DNA of 64,000 nucleotides from Candidatus Hydrogenedentota bacterium (GCA_963745075.1 CAVUWV010000021.1:137841-201840), one strand, 5' to 3'; positions 1-12,576 are shown, counted from the first letter of the stretch. The notes: generated by a model from the letters alone, not told the origin. Made by a program: numbers and translations.

Positions 1-30
1 GCGAGCGTCAAACAGAGGCAACTCTTGTGA
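1..30 (+). CDS. C-terminal end of upstream gene, possibly DUF58 family
   Basis: Reads ASVKQRQLL-stop. DUF58 proteins commonly end this way and precede SpoIIM/RDD genes; only 9 codons visible. Confidence 0.35.
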   Translation, partial: ASVKQRQLL

Positions 31-82
31 CGTGGCAACGGATTCAACACGGTAGAACCAATACGCCGCTGGAGCGCGAGAC

Positions 83-1141
83 GTGATTATCGATCTGGAA
101 CGTTTCATCACGGAAGAACGTCCCTACTGGACGGAACTCGAGGAAACCCTGAACCGCCTCGAAGCGGACGTCGCGTACCGCTTAGACCTGAAGCAGGCCC
201 GCCGGCTCCACTACTTGTACGAACGGAGCGCCACCGATCTGTCCAAGCTTTCCACGTTTGCATCGGAGCCCGCGCTGAGCCGGTACCTCGAAACGCTGGT
301 GGCACGCGCCTACGGCGAGATTCACGAGGTCCGCGGAAAACCGCACCGGTTTCACCCGATTCGCTGGGGGGGTCGCACGTTTCCGCGAACGTTCCGGCGT
401 CATATCGCGGTGTTCTGGGTCAGCGTCGCCATAACCCTGGCCGGGACGACCCTGGGTGGCGCGGCCGTGACCTTCGACCCGAACGCGAAAGACGTTTTGA
501 TGCCGTTTCCTCATCTGCGCATCGACCCTCGCGAGCGCGTTGCAAAGGAAGAGAAGACGCAGAAATTCGATCCGCGCGCGGGAACAAAAGCCATGGGCAC
601 GAGTTTCTACATAGCGAACAATACGAAAGTCGCGATCATGACGCTCGCACTGGGTGCGCTTTGGGGGCTGGGCACCATCCTTGTCCTCTTCAGCAACGGC
701 GTCATGATGGGCGCCGTGACGATGGATTATCTCAACGCGCACGAAGGCGTCTTTCTGACGGCCTGGTTACTCCCCCATGGCGCCCTGGAGATACCCGCCA
801 TTGTAATCGCCGGGCAGGCCGGCCTCCTGCTCGGGAAAGCGTTAATAGGATGGGATTCCCGGCTTTCCACTCGTGCGCGGCTCCGCAGCGTCACGCCGGA
901 CCTCCTGACGCTTATCGGCGGCGTGGCACTCATGCTGGTATGGGCCGCCTTCGTGGAAGCGTGGCTGTCGCAATACCATGAACCCGTGATTCCCTATGCC
1001 GTCAAGATTACCTTCGGTGTCATCGAGCTGATCCTGCTTATTTCGTTTTTGACCTGCGCCGGACGCAAACGGTGGAAGGATGAATCGGAGGAATCCACAC
1101 ACGACGTGACGCACGAAACCGTCCCATCCACACCCGCTTAG
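83..1141 (+). CDS. Stage II sporulation protein M family integral membrane protein
   Basis: 352 aa; LYERSATDLS..YLETLVARAY N-terminus, IANNTKVA, NG, LPHGALEIPAI, AAFVEAWLS; multiple TM segments. Confidence 0.9.
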   Translation: MIIDLERFITEERPYWTELEETLNRLEADVAYRLDLKQARRLHYLYERSATDLSKLSTFASEPALSRYLETLVARAYGEIHEVRGKPHRFHPIRWGGRTFPRTFRRHIAVFWVSVAITLAGTTLGGAAVTFDPNAKDVLMPFPHLRIDPRERVAKEEKTQKFDPRAGTKAMGTSFYIANNTKVAIMTLALGALWGLGTILVLFSNGVMMGAVTMDYLNAHEGVFLTAWLLPHGALEIPAIVIAGQAGLLLGKALIGWDSRLSTRARLRSVTPDLLTLIGGVALMLVWAAFVEAWLSQYHEPVIPYAVKITFGVIELILLISFLTCAGRKRWKDESEESTHDVTHETVPSTPA

Positions 1142-1147
1142 GCCATC

Positions 1148-1999
1148 ATGGAAGCACGAACCAACAAGCTGACCATTCACACGCCGGAGGGAATTGCGTT
1201 TTCGCTGAACCTGGCCGGGCCGGTGACCCGCTTTCTTGCGCGGACCATCGATTTCTTTATCGAGGTTCTTGCAACCATAGCGATCGCCTACCTCATCAAC
1301 ATACTCAACGTTCTCCCGCTCATATTCCGCGTAAGCCTGGCAGATTGGGCATTCGCCTTCGTGATGATTGCATACTTCGTGGTACCCATCGTCCATTCGA
1401 TGCTGTTCGAATGGTTCATGCGCGGTCAGACCTTCGGCAAACGTGCCCTGCGCATACGCGTCGTGGATGCGGACGGGCTTCGCCTGCAATTCAGCCAGGT
1501 CGCGATCCGAAATCTGATGCGGTTCGTGGACAGTTTGTACCCCTTCTACGTCATCGGGGGAATCGCCTGCATCCTGAGCCGCCGTTCGCAGCGCCTGGGC
1601 GATTACGTGGCCAATACGGTCGTCATGCGGCTGCCCAGGATTTCGGACCCGGACCTGAGCCACGTCCTCAGCGGCAAGTACAACTCGTTTCGGGAATACC
1701 CCCATCTGGCGGCCCGGTTACGACAGCAGGTTTCGCCGGAAGAGGCGCGAATCGCGCTTCACGCAGTCCTGCGAAGGAATACATTGGATCCGCAGGCACG
1801 CGTGGAACTGTTTGCAGATATCGCGGATCATTTCCGATCGTTGGTGGAGTTTCCCGAGGCCGCGACGCTGGGCATGGCCGACGAACAGTATGTCCGCAAC
1901 GTCGTCGAGATCTTGTTTCAACCGCGCACGAACGGCGGAGGCGCCAAGGCCGAGGCGACGGCACAGAGTAGCCTGCGGCCGGCGAACCCAGTACAATAA
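1148..1999 (+). CDS. RDD family membrane protein
   Basis: TPEG..LAG..RFLARTID, GQTFGK, RNLMRFVD, QRLGDYVANTVV. Confidence 0.92.
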   Translation: MEARTNKLTIHTPEGIAFSLNLAGPVTRFLARTIDFFIEVLATIAIAYLINILNVLPLIFRVSLADWAFAFVMIAYFVVPIVHSMLFEWFMRGQTFGKRALRIRVVDADGLRLQFSQVAIRNLMRFVDSLYPFYVIGGIACILSRRSQRLGDYVANTVVMRLPRISDPDLSHVLSGKYNSFREYPHLAARLRQQVSPEEARIALHAVLRRNTLDPQARVELFADIADHFRSLVEFPEAATLGMADEQYVRNVVEILFQPRTNGGGAKAEATAQSSLRPANPVQ

Positions 2000-2081
2000 A
2001 GGCCCCGAGTCCAGGCGGTGGATGTGGCGAGAAAGCGGGCGTCCCTGATGACGCCCTCACCCGAGTTGCAAGGTGGGAGCA

Positions 2082-2888
2082 ATGGCAAGATTACTCGACA
2101 AACTGCGAACCGGTTTTCTCTTCGACCGGGGCGTACGTCTCGCCGAACGCGGGAACTATCAGCGGGCATTGGTCTACTTCGAGACGGTTATGCAACGCGC
2201 ACCCGACTTTGCGCTGGCCCATTCCAACATGGGATTCTGCCACTACAAGATGGGCGCGGCCGGCGACGCGCAGCGTGCCTACGAACAGGCGCAGGAACTC
2301 GCGCCGGACGATGCGGAGAATTATTACGATCTCGGGTGCATTCACCACGCGCAAGGGCAGCGGCAGGCGGCGCTGGAATGCTTTCGCGAGGCCCTGCGGT
2401 TGCAGCCCAACCACGCGGAGGCTTACACGGCCATCGAGCAGGTACGGATCGAACTCGGCATGCCGGCCATCGATGCCCCGCCCGTCGCAGCAGAAGACGT
2501 CAACCCGACCGAGCCGAACCCGGCGGCCAAGGCTGTAGAACTCCTCCGCACGGGGGAATCTGACTACGAAACGGGCGACATGGAGGCCGCCCTGAAAGCA
2601 TGGGACGAAGCGGCGCGGCTCGACCCGAAGAACCCCACGACCCAAAACAACCGTGCGGCGGCGCTGCTCGAACTCGGCCGCCACCAGGAGGCGATCGAGG
2701 CCTGCACGCAAGCACTTCGGATCAATCCGAAATACGCCGTCGCGCACATGACCCGCGCCGAAATCTACGCCGCGCTGGGAAATCGCGATGCGGTCATGCG
2801 CGAGTATACGGCCTTAAACGGTATGGACGAAGGTTTGGCCGAACAACTGCTCGAACTCATACCCGAGACACCGGAGAAGGAAGCGTGA
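2082..2888 (+). CDS. Tetratricopeptide repeat protein
   Basis: Two blocks of TPR-like repeats (AHSNMG, NYYDLG, NPKYAVAH). Confidence 0.88.
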   Translation: MARLLDKLRTGFLFDRGVRLAERGNYQRALVYFETVMQRAPDFALAHSNMGFCHYKMGAAGDAQRAYEQAQELAPDDAENYYDLGCIHHAQGQRQAALECFREALRLQPNHAEAYTAIEQVRIELGMPAIDAPPVAAEDVNPTEPNPAAKAVELLRTGESDYETGDMEAALKAWDEAARLDPKNPTTQNNRAAALLELGRHQEAIEACTQALRINPKYAVAHMTRAEIYAALGNRDAVMREYTALNGMDEGLAEQLLELIPETPEKEA

Positions 2889-3370
2889 AGGTACTGCGCT
2901 GGTTGATGCTGGGATTGCTGCTCGGCTGGACCGCCGGGTGCGGCGCGCCCCCGAATGGCTCGACACAGGAAGGTGGTTCCCAAAAACTGTCCGACCGGGT
3001 GCAATCGGCGTTGCAGAACGTCAAGACTGCAACGCAGGATCAAATCGAGAAACAAGCAGTCGCACTGGTGGCCGAGTTGGACCGCCGGGTCGAGGACACC
3101 GAACGGCGGGCCGCCGAATCGGCCGAAGCATCGGTTCGGGAGTCCCTCGAACAGGTGCGCATGAAATTGGAAGAGAAACGGGACGAGATACGCGAACGTC
3201 TTGCGGCCCTCCGGGATGATACGCAAACGCGGGATGAGCTCCGCAGGGATCTATCCAAAACCTTGACGGACCTCGGCACTTCCATCGAGGAGGCGACCCG
3301 ATTGCTGCTGGAGAAGCCCGGCAACGGCCAACCGCCCGATGGGAACCGCCCGACCCAAGCGGCGTCGTAA
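2885..3370 (+). CDS. Hypothetical coiled-coil lipoprotein
   Basis: GTG start overlaps upstream TGA; signal MKVLRWLMLGLLLGWTAGC with lipobox; helical E/R/K-rich body. Confidence 0.7.
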   Translation: MKVLRWLMLGLLLGWTAGCGAPPNGSTQEGGSQKLSDRVQSALQNVKTATQDQIEKQAVALVAELDRRVEDTERRAAESAEASVRESLEQVRMKLEEKRDEIRERLAALRDDTQTRDELRRDLSKTLTDLGTSIEEATRLLLEKPGNGQPPDGNRPTQAAS

Positions 3371-3406
3371 CGCACATTTACGCGACGGGAGCATTCAAGG
3401 AGTACC

Positions 3407-4129
3407 ATGATCGAACTTGGTGTGAATATCGACCACGTGGCGACCTTGCGCGAAGCGCGTAAAGCCGTCGAACCCGACATAATTGCGGCCGCAAAGATCT
3501 GCGAGTTGGCGGGCGCCCATCAGATCACCGTGCACCTGCGCCAGGACCGGCGTCACATTCAGGACCGCGACGTGGAACTGCTTTCACAAGTGCTCCAGGT
3601 GCGGATTAATCTGGAAATGGCCGCGGTCGACGAGATCGTCGCGATCGCCCATCGCATTCGACCGGCCGTCGTGTGCCTGGTTCCGGAGAATCGACAGGAG
3701 ATTACGACGGAAGGCGGCCTCGACGTGGCGGCCCAGGTGAAACGCCTGAAAAAAGTCGTGCAGGGGTTTCACGACGGCGGCATCAAGGTCAGCATGTTCA
3801 TCGACCCCGATCTCGATCAAGTCGACGCCAGCGCCGAGACGGGCGCAGACTTCGTGGAACTGCACACGGGCGCATACGCCAACGCGGCCGATCTCGACAT
3901 TCTCGGTGAAGTCAACCGTTTGGCCGGCGCGGCGGCGCGGGCCATCGGGGCGGGCCTCGTCTTCAACGCCGGTCATGGGTTGACGGTGCGCAACCTCCGG
4001 CCTGTCGCGGCCATTCCGGGTCTCAATGAGGTAAACATCGGGCACTCCATCATTTCGCGCGCCCTCTTCATCGGGTTGCACCAAGCGGTGGAAGAGATTC
4101 TGGCCATCCTGCGAGAGTACTCCACGTAG
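3407..4129 (+). CDS. pdxJ: Pyridoxine 5'-phosphate synthase
   Basis: [48 protein letters not shown]. Confidence 0.98.
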   Translation: MIELGVNIDHVATLREARKAVEPDIIAAAKICELAGAHQITVHLRQDRRHIQDRDVELLSQVLQVRINLEMAAVDEIVAIAHRIRPAVVCLVPENRQEITTEGGLDVAAQVKRLKKVVQGFHDGGIKVSMFIDPDLDQVDASAETGADFVELHTGAYANAADLDILGEVNRLAGAAARAIGAGLVFNAGHGLTVRNLRPVAAIPGLNEVNIGHSIISRALFIGLHQAVEEILAILREYST

Positions 4130-4234
4130 CGCCCCAGGCGGCGTGAAACTCTCCCGAAGGCTGACATCGGAATACCGCATCGGGTACACTGATTGTTGGC
4201 ATAGGAAACGCAACAATCTCGGTACCACACGATC

Positions 4235-4582
4235 ATGGAAATTCGCCATCATAAGACCGCTGGCGTGGCCGTTGTAACCCTCAGTGGGCGATTCGACGCC
4301 CCGTCGGCCCCGGAAGCAGAAGACGCATTCAAGGGCTATCTGCAGGATGGAACCAAGAAAGTGCTCATTGACCTGAGCGGCGTCGAATACATCAGCAGCG
4401 GCGGTCTTCGCGTCATCATCATGGTGACGAAAGCCCTGGAAAAAGTGAACGGTACGTTGAAGCTTTGCGGCTTGACCCCCTTTGTGTCGGAAGTGTTCGA
4501 GATCACGAACCTCTCGAAACGATACGAAATCTGCGAGGACCAACGTGCGGGACTCACCGCCTTCGGCGTACAGGAGTCGTAA
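4235..4582 (+). CDS. STAS-domain anti-sigma factor antagonist
   Basis: 115 aa; LSGRFD, IDLSGVEYISSGGLRV, VFEIT. Confidence 0.93.
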   Translation: MEIRHHKTAGVAVVTLSGRFDAPSAPEAEDAFKGYLQDGTKKVLIDLSGVEYISSGGLRVIIMVTKALEKVNGTLKLCGLTPFVSEVFEITNLSKRYEICEDQRAGLTAFGVQES

Positions 4583-4588
4583 CCTTTC

Positions 4589-6538
<1,950 letters not shown>

Positions 6539-6590
6539 TGCGGCGGGCATCGGCCCAACTGCTGCGCAGCCTTGCGCGCGCCAAAGTCGA

Positions 6591-8138
6591 ATGCGATTAC
6601 CAAACGAAACACCAAAAACTATCACGCTCGTAGAGGCCTGCATGGTCGCCGGCATCCTCCTACTAGCTGCCGGGCTTCGGCTCTATCGCCTTGAGTCGGA
6701 GTCCCTCTGGTACGACGAAGTCGTGAGCGTGCGGGCGCTGGATGCGCCGGGGCTCGCCGAGTTCTTGAACGACGAGCGCGTTCTGGACCCGGCGGTCGTG
6801 CCCGCATACTTCTGCCTGGAGTACTTCTGGTGGCACTACGTTGCGAATTCCGAGTATTCGCTGCGCTTGCTTTCGACATTCCTTGGGCTTCTCACGGTAG
6901 GCGCGGTCTGGTGGATGGGGCGCGTGATGTTCTCCCCTGGAGCCGGCTTGATTGCGGCATTCCTCACGGCCTGCTCCCAAATCCTCATCTACCAATCGCA
7001 AGAGATCCGCATGTACGCGTTGATGTATCTCCTGGCCGCACTGTCGATGCTGTTCCTCGAACGGGCCTTGGCTACCGGCCAACCGCGATGGTGGATCGCA
7101 CACTGGGCATCAAACGGCCTGTTGGTCTGGACCCATCTCTTCGGAACACTCGTGCTACTGGCCCAGGGTCTCGCCCTGCTGTGGATATGGAGACGTCGCT
7201 ACCGGGCGGTCGCGGCATGGGTCATGGCGCAGGGTGCGTATCTGGCGCCGCTCGGCTGGTACCTGCTCCGTATGCCGCAGGTCTCCCTCGAGAAACACTT
7301 GCGCTGGATCCCCATGCCACCGTTCCCCGCCGTATTAGACACCTTCTGGACGGTGCTCCCCGGAGTCGCTCTCGACGGTGGAAAGCAAATTCAACTGACC
7401 ACGATGCCGTCGTTGTTGAGCCACGCGACGGGGTTCCTGGTATGGCTCTGTGCAGGATGGCTCGTGTGGCGCAGGGTGCGATCGAAACATGACGGTGCAC
7501 GCGGGACGTTGCCGGAGCGCTTCAGAAAAGCACCAGTATTGCTGCTCGTGCTCTGGCTTGCGGCACCGGTCCTCACCCTCGTCGCGCTTTCATACGCCGT
7601 GCAGCCCTGCTTTGTCGAGCGCTACGCGGGACATTGCGCGCTGCCACTATTTCTGCTGGCTGGCGCCGGCGTGAGCGCCATAAACCGGCGCTGGGTGAAA
7701 CGCGGCGTCGTAGTCCTTCTGGCACTGCTGTACATCCCCGCGATTGCGCAGTGGCCGAGACCCCTGCGCCCGAATCTGCGCGGCGCCTTGGCTGTGATTG
7801 AACGCGACAGTGTGGGAGGCGAAACGTTCGTCCTGGACAACATCTACGAGTCGGGGCTCGCTTTCGCCTTCTACGCCAACGTGCCGGTGGAAGATCTAAC
7901 GATGGGGCAGAAGTATCTCCGCCACGCAAAACGCGAAGTCATAAGCGGTCACCCGATCTGGATTCTGTCGGTGGGAGGCGACCGCGGGATCGAGCGTTTT
8001 CAAAACGCGCGTCAACAACTGGGCGTCAAAACCAACTATTACCGATTCAATGGACGACGGAGCGTTCATCTGATTCACGCCGTACCCCGGCATGGGAAAG
8101 GGACCGAGGAAGACCGTGGCTCGCTAGCTACCGAGTAA
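6591..8138 (+). CDS. GT-C fold (PMT/ArnT-like) membrane glycosyltransferase
   Basis: LRLYRL..SLWYDEVVS, SQEIRMY, many TM helices; start chosen at ATG 6591 within longer ORF. Confidence 0.8.
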   Translation: MRLPNETPKTITLVEACMVAGILLLAAGLRLYRLESESLWYDEVVSVRALDAPGLAEFLNDERVLDPAVVPAYFCLEYFWWHYVANSEYSLRLLSTFLGLLTVGAVWWMGRVMFSPGAGLIAAFLTACSQILIYQSQEIRMYALMYLLAALSMLFLERALATGQPRWWIAHWASNGLLVWTHLFGTLVLLAQGLALLWIWRRRYRAVAAWVMAQGAYLAPLGWYLLRMPQVSLEKHLRWIPMPPFPAVLDTFWTVLPGVALDGGKQIQLTTMPSLLSHATGFLVWLCAGWLVWRRVRSKHDGARGTLPERFRKAPVLLLVLWLAAPVLTLVALSYAVQPCFVERYAGHCALPLFLLAGAGVSAINRRWVKRGVVVLLALLYIPAIAQWPRPLRPNLRGALAVIERDSVGGETFVLDNIYESGLAFAFYANVPVEDLTMGQKYLRHAKREVISGHPIWILSVGGDRGIERFQNARQQLGVKTNYYRFNGRRSVHLIHAVPRHGKGTEEDRGSLATE

Positions 8139-8933
8139 GCGCGCCGCGTTCTGTCCGAGAATGTTGGACTGGGTCAGCCCCGCGAGACCGCTTTGCAGCA
8201 GGACGGAGTTTCTCGTCTGTTCGATGGTTTGCCGGGCGATATCGGCGTCCCGAATCCGCGATTCCGACTCCGCGGCGTTCTGCGATTCCGTTTGGCGAAC
8301 GTCAATGGCGCGTGTGAACCGGTTCGCTTGGGCGCCGAGTTCTGCCCGGCTATTCTGAATTTGGGTCAACGCATTGTCCACGGTGTCAATGCCGTTCTGC
8401 GCCCCCGCCTGCGTAGACAAGTCAAGCCCATTGATTCCCAGTGAATCACCTGTGGACTCCTGGATGTTGACCTCCACGTTGCCTTCGACACCCAATTGGA
8501 CGTTGGCGGCGGTTCCATCCAGCAGATTCCGACCGTTGAACTCCGTGTTGTTCCCCGTTTCGTTAATCTGTTGGACGAGTTGTTGGGCTTCCTGGTTGAT
8601 CGCAGCGCGCTGGTCGTCCGTCAAGGTTCCGTTCGATGCCTGCAGGGCCAGTTCCCGGATACGCTGCGTGGCATCTTGTTGCGTACCGATGGCGGCATCC
8701 GCGGTCTGGACTACATTGACTCCGGATTGAAGGTTGGACACCTCCTGATTGAGCTGATTGACCTGGGCACGGAATCGTTCGACGATGGCCAGACCGGCCG
8801 CATCATCGGCGCCCTGGTTGATCCGTTGTCCCGTCGCAAGACGCTCGAACCCCTTCAACAGGGCGTTGGACGTTTGCTGTGTTTGACGTTGGATGAATAA
8901 GGCTGACTCGTTCGAGTTGATCCGCAAACCCAT
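8124..8933 (-). CDS. fliC: Flagellin (short, D0/D1 only)
   Basis: MGLRINSN, RLATGQRINQGADDAAGLAI, RIRELALQASNGT, RAELGAQANR, SRIRDAD. Confidence 0.93.
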   Translation of the reverse strand: MGLRINSNESALFIQRQTQQTSNALLKGFERLATGQRINQGADDAAGLAIVERFRAQVNQLNQEVSNLQSGVNVVQTADAAIGTQQDATQRIRELALQASNGTLTDDQRAAINQEAQQLVQQINETGNNTEFNGRNLLDGTAANVQLGVEGNVEVNIQESTGDSLGINGLDLSTQAGAQNGIDTVDNALTQIQNSRAELGAQANRFTRAIDVRQTESQNAAESESRIRDADIARQTIEQTRNSVLLQSGLAGLTQSNILGQNAARLLGS

Positions 8934-8950
8934 TTCGACCACTCCCAAGG

Positions 8951-8977
8951 CAATCGACTTCCCATAATACTCTTTTA
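8951..8977 (-). promoter_or_regulatory. Candidate sigma-28 promoter of flagellin
   Basis: Minus strand TAAA-N15-GTCGATTG versus consensus TAAA-N15-GCCGATAA; only 17 nt upstream of ATG. Confidence 0.45.
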
Positions 8978-9079
8978 TAGAATACCACTTGAGACAGGGT
9001 TTTGGCAAATTCCAGTGCTCAATTGTATGAAAAACAATAAATTATCTGCCGAAAACCCGGCAAGGCAAGGTACGGTGAT

Positions 9080-9895
9080 ATGACGCAGAATGCAAAGGAC
9101 CCCGTCCGTTTGGGTACCTGTAGCTGGAGTACCCGCGACTGGGTAGGCTCGATCTACTCGGCCGATACGAAGGCCGCAGACTACATTGCCGAGTACGCGC
9201 GACGGTTCAACACCGTGGAAATCGATTCGACGTTTTACGGCACGCCGCGTCTGTCCACGGTCGAAGGTTGGCGAGACCGGACTCCGCCCGAATTCATCTT
9301 TTCCGCCAAAGCGCCACAGGGTATCACTCACGAGAAGTTTCTCGCGGGATGCGAACGCGAGCTGGCCGAATTCTTGCAGACGATGGACGTCCTCGATTCG
9401 CGCCTGGGTCCGATTGTCTTTCAGTTCCCGTATTTCGCAAGGAAACGCCAGGTAACCCAAGACGACTTCTTGGCCCGGCTTGCGCCTTTTCTGAGGAATC
9501 TACCCAAAGACGGCCATCGGTACGTTGTCGAGGTGCGAAACAAGGCTTGGCTGAACCGCCGGTTGACCGATCTCCTCGGCGAACAGGATGTGACGTTGGC
9601 GTTAATCGACCATCCCTGGATGCATCGGCCCGAGCAGCTCGCACGAATCGACGGAACGGCGGCAGGCGGTTTTGCGTACATTCGGTGGCTCGGGGATCGG
9701 TACGCGATCGAGAAGATTACGAAAACTTGGGGATCGCACGTATACGACCGGAAGGCGGATCTCGAGAACTGGGTCCCCATCATTCGGAAGACGCTGGAAA
9801 ACCGGACCCCCGTATTCGGCTACATCAACAGCCACTACTCCGGCTACGCACCGGGAGACGTGGAACTACTTACCGCGTTGCTCGGGTTGGGGTGA
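9080..9895 (+). CDS. DUF72 (YecE-like) protein
   Basis: LGTCSWS, FNTVEIDSTFY, FSAKAPQGITH, LGPIVFQFP, VEVR. Confidence 0.93.
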   Translation: MTQNAKDPVRLGTCSWSTRDWVGSIYSADTKAADYIAEYARRFNTVEIDSTFYGTPRLSTVEGWRDRTPPEFIFSAKAPQGITHEKFLAGCERELAEFLQTMDVLDSRLGPIVFQFPYFARKRQVTQDDFLARLAPFLRNLPKDGHRYVVEVRNKAWLNRRLTDLLGEQDVTLALIDHPWMHRPEQLARIDGTAAGGFAYIRWLGDRYAIEKITKTWGSHVYDRKADLENWVPIIRKTLENRTPVFGYINSHYSGYAPGDVELLTALLGLG

Positions 9896-12070
9896 CACGG
9901 TGTCCGCGTTGGGCCACGGCGGACCGTGCCCGGTGTCGGTGGCGACCTGCATTCGCCAAAGAAGCGCACAAGCCGGGAACTTGTCGCGGGTCTTCATCTC
10001 GAGTCCATACCCTTTGTCCCCGCCTTGTGAACCTTCGCGCTCTTTCTCGACCCGCTTTTCAAAATACAGCGAGAGGATATTGAGACCCGTCTTGGTCAAC
10101 TCGGCCGGGACCTCCAGCGTGATTTCGGAGCGCGTGCCTTTCTCGAGATCCGCCGAGCCGATGGGTTCGCCGTTGAACGAGAACCCCACGTACTGGTTCT
10201 CCTGCATTTCGTTGGGCAAGGACAGGGATAGCCCAATAAAGTACGCGTGCCCTTCCTGGCAGTACACAAACAACTCGGACTCCCGCTCTTCTGCCGGATA
10301 GGCGCCCTTCAACAAAGCCGCGAAACGGAAATTGCCCTGCCATCCCTTGCCCAGATATGGCCGCAACGCAATTCCCTGGACATCCAATTCGGCATTGGGA
10401 GGCACGCCGCTGGCAACGTCGTACTGTGCCGGGGATACGTCGTGTTTGAATGCAAACCACAGATTCGCGGGATACGAGAAGGGGTTGCCGAATGCATCAT
10501 GGAAGATCGTCGCCGATGACGACCAGATCTGCTGGAATGAAACCGGCTTGAGAAAATCGGTCCACCCCTGGCGATACTGGATGACCAGCGTCGCGTTGTA
10601 GATAGTGAGCAAAGCAATGACAGCGCTCACGGGTACCGCTGGCCGCCTGCGGCAAAAGGTGACGAACCACGCGCCGAACGCCGCAATCCCGGGCGCCATG
10701 AACGGCAGCACGCCCACGAAACGACGCATGCCAAACGAGCCTCCTCCATACCAGCTGGCGATGGAAGCGTTCATGTAGACATATCCCGCCAACAGCGCCG
10801 CTATGCATAACGCGTCATAGCGACTGCGCCGCCAGAAGGGCACGACGCCGATGAACCCAAGAAGCAGGACGGGATGAAACGCAAAGAGGCCGTGATGGGC
10901 CGAAAACAGGACGTGAGAAATCGCGGGATTGCCCCATTGCATGGGCGATCCGGGCGGCGGGCTAAAGCCGTACCGGAACCACCACGTGGCGAGCTGCCAT
11001 GCGAACACGACGAGTGCGCCCGCGACCGACAGACTCGCGCCCAACGCGACGCGGCCGACCTGCCGGCCACTCTTCACAAGAAACGCGACGTCCAGCAACG
11101 GCAACGCGATGAGCACCGCGTGGCTGGGTCGCACCAGCATGGCGAGACCAATCGCCGCGCCTAGTAAAACCCAATCGCGGACGCGCCGGCCGTCCCGATT
11201 GCGCACCCAAAGCCAGAACACCAGCGCCGCGGCAAAGAATGAACAGGCGTGAGACATCCACGGCTGGTCGGTCAGATACCAGATCAGGGGCGAGGCCAGT
11301 CCGATGAGCAACGTCGCAAAGAATCCGGTCCGCGGCGTGAACCACCGGCGCAATGCCGCGTAGACCATGAGCAACCCGAGGAACACCGTGAAATGACTGC
11401 CGAACGCCGCGGCCAGAGCATACGGACTGGCGATTCCGTTCGTGGGCACGTCGAGGCCCATCCCGGACAACACCAGCATCAATCCGTGCGCGGCGAGGTA
11501 AAACGGGAGCCAGACAACGGCCGCGCCGATGGGTGCGACGTTGTACTCGGGACGACTCGGATGCGCTTCCGACATGAGATCCCAGACGCCCGGAATCGCT
11601 TTGAGTTCGTTCTCGAAGTTCAGGTCGTGATCGAACACCCAGGAATGAAGGTACGCGTAGTACTGCGGAGAGTCGTGTCCCGAAACGACACCCCAGTGGG
11701 TATATCCGCGCAGACTTATGACGAAGACGTTCAAACAAACGAGGAATACACAGAGAAACGCGAAACGCGCCCAGCGGTCCTTCCGCACCTCGGGCGACTC
11801 TTCATCATCGAGCAAGGGGCGGTACAAGGACGAATTCCGCAACCACGTGTATTGTACCGCGACGAAGGCGAGCAGAATGCTGTGAACCAGCACCGCGTCC
11901 ATTCCCAGAAACCCGCCGAGCACGACGTTATAAAGCGACGCGGTAGTGACCGCCGCAAACAAAAGCGCAAGGAAGAAGGCCTGCGCGCCGATCTGCAGCT
12001 TTACGATGAGCCCAAGCAGCGGAATGGTCTCGTCGGATGGATTTGTCGCGTTATCGTCTGCGTCGTGCAT
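9866..12070 (-). CDS. Polytopic membrane protein, probable GT-C glycosyltransferase
   Basis: DSPQYYAYL, PWMSHA, LAMLVRP, WYGGGSFGMRRF; >10 TM helices and a soluble C-terminal domain. Confidence 0.75.
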   Translation of the reverse strand: MHDADDNATNPSDETIPLLGLIVKLQIGAQAFFLALLFAAVTTASLYNVVLGGFLGMDAVLVHSILLAFVAVQYTWLRNSSLYRPLLDDEESPEVRKDRWARFAFLCVFLVCLNVFVISLRGYTHWGVVSGHDSPQYYAYLHSWVFDHDLNFENELKAIPGVWDLMSEAHPSRPEYNVAPIGAAVVWLPFYLAAHGLMLVLSGMGLDVPTNGIASPYALAAAFGSHFTVFLGLLMVYAALRRWFTPRTGFFATLLIGLASPLIWYLTDQPWMSHACSFFAAALVFWLWVRNRDGRRVRDWVLLGAAIGLAMLVRPSHAVLIALPLLDVAFLVKSGRQVGRVALGASLSVAGALVVFAWQLATWWFRYGFSPPPGSPMQWGNPAISHVLFSAHHGLFAFHPVLLLGFIGVVPFWRRSRYDALCIAALLAGYVYMNASIASWYGGGSFGMRRFVGVLPFMAPGIAAFGAWFVTFCRRRPAVPVSAVIALLTIYNATLVIQYRQGWTDFLKPVSFQQIWSSSATIFHDAFGNPFSYPANLWFAFKHDVSPAQYDVASGVPPNAELDVQGIALRPYLGKGWQGNFRFAALLKGAYPAEERESELFVYCQEGHAYFIGLSLSLPNEMQENQYVGFSFNGEPIGSADLEKGTRSEITLEVPAELTKTGLNILSLYFEKRVEKEREGSQGGDKGYGLEMKTRDKFPACALLWRMQVATDTGHGPPWPNADTVSPQPEQRGK

Positions 12071-12234
12071 GGCGCGTATCCTAACGATGGGTGCGGGGAA
12101 GCGCAAGGTGATGAACTGAAGTGGATTCTACTATGACCCAGCGCAGATGCGGGCAAAGCGAATCAGGTCCGCCACACCGATCGGACGGATCCGACCGATT
12201 GGTCCGATCCTTCCGGGTAATCTTCTCCACGCAT

Positions 12235-12471
12235 TTACAACCGCTTGTGGTTGCCGTCACAGAAGGGGGAATTGCCGGTGTGTTTGCATACGCACATGGC
12301 GTAGCGGCGCTTCTCCGTGATCACGACTTCCACGGGCGAGAATTCGGTTCCTTTGTGGGAACCATCGCACCAGGGTTGCGTCTTCGAGCGGCCGCATCGG
12401 CACCACCAGTACGAGCCGCAGTCGAGTTCAAGTACGGCGGGTTTACGGTCGGGGATCTCCGGTTCTGCCAT
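12235..12471 (-). CDS. CDGSH iron-sulfur protein (two CDGSH motifs)
   Basis: CRCGRSKTQPWCDGSH and CVCKHTGNSPFCDGNH. Confidence 0.95.
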   Translation of the reverse strand: MAEPEIPDRKPAVLELDCGSYWWCRCGRSKTQPWCDGSHKGTEFSPVEVVITEKRRYAMCVCKHTGNSPFCDGNHKRL

Positions 12472-12576
12472 TGAACAACTCCTTATAAGCGAATGGGGTG
12501 TCGGCGAAGGATTCATCATACCGATGCAGGCGTTGGTGAAGTCAAGAATTGCGCGGTCTGCCGGAGAACGCGATGG

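Noticed and set aside
83..1141. Evidence of sporulation from the SpoIIM-family gene
   Set aside because: This SpoIIM-like/RDD arrangement is widespread in non-sporulating bacteria
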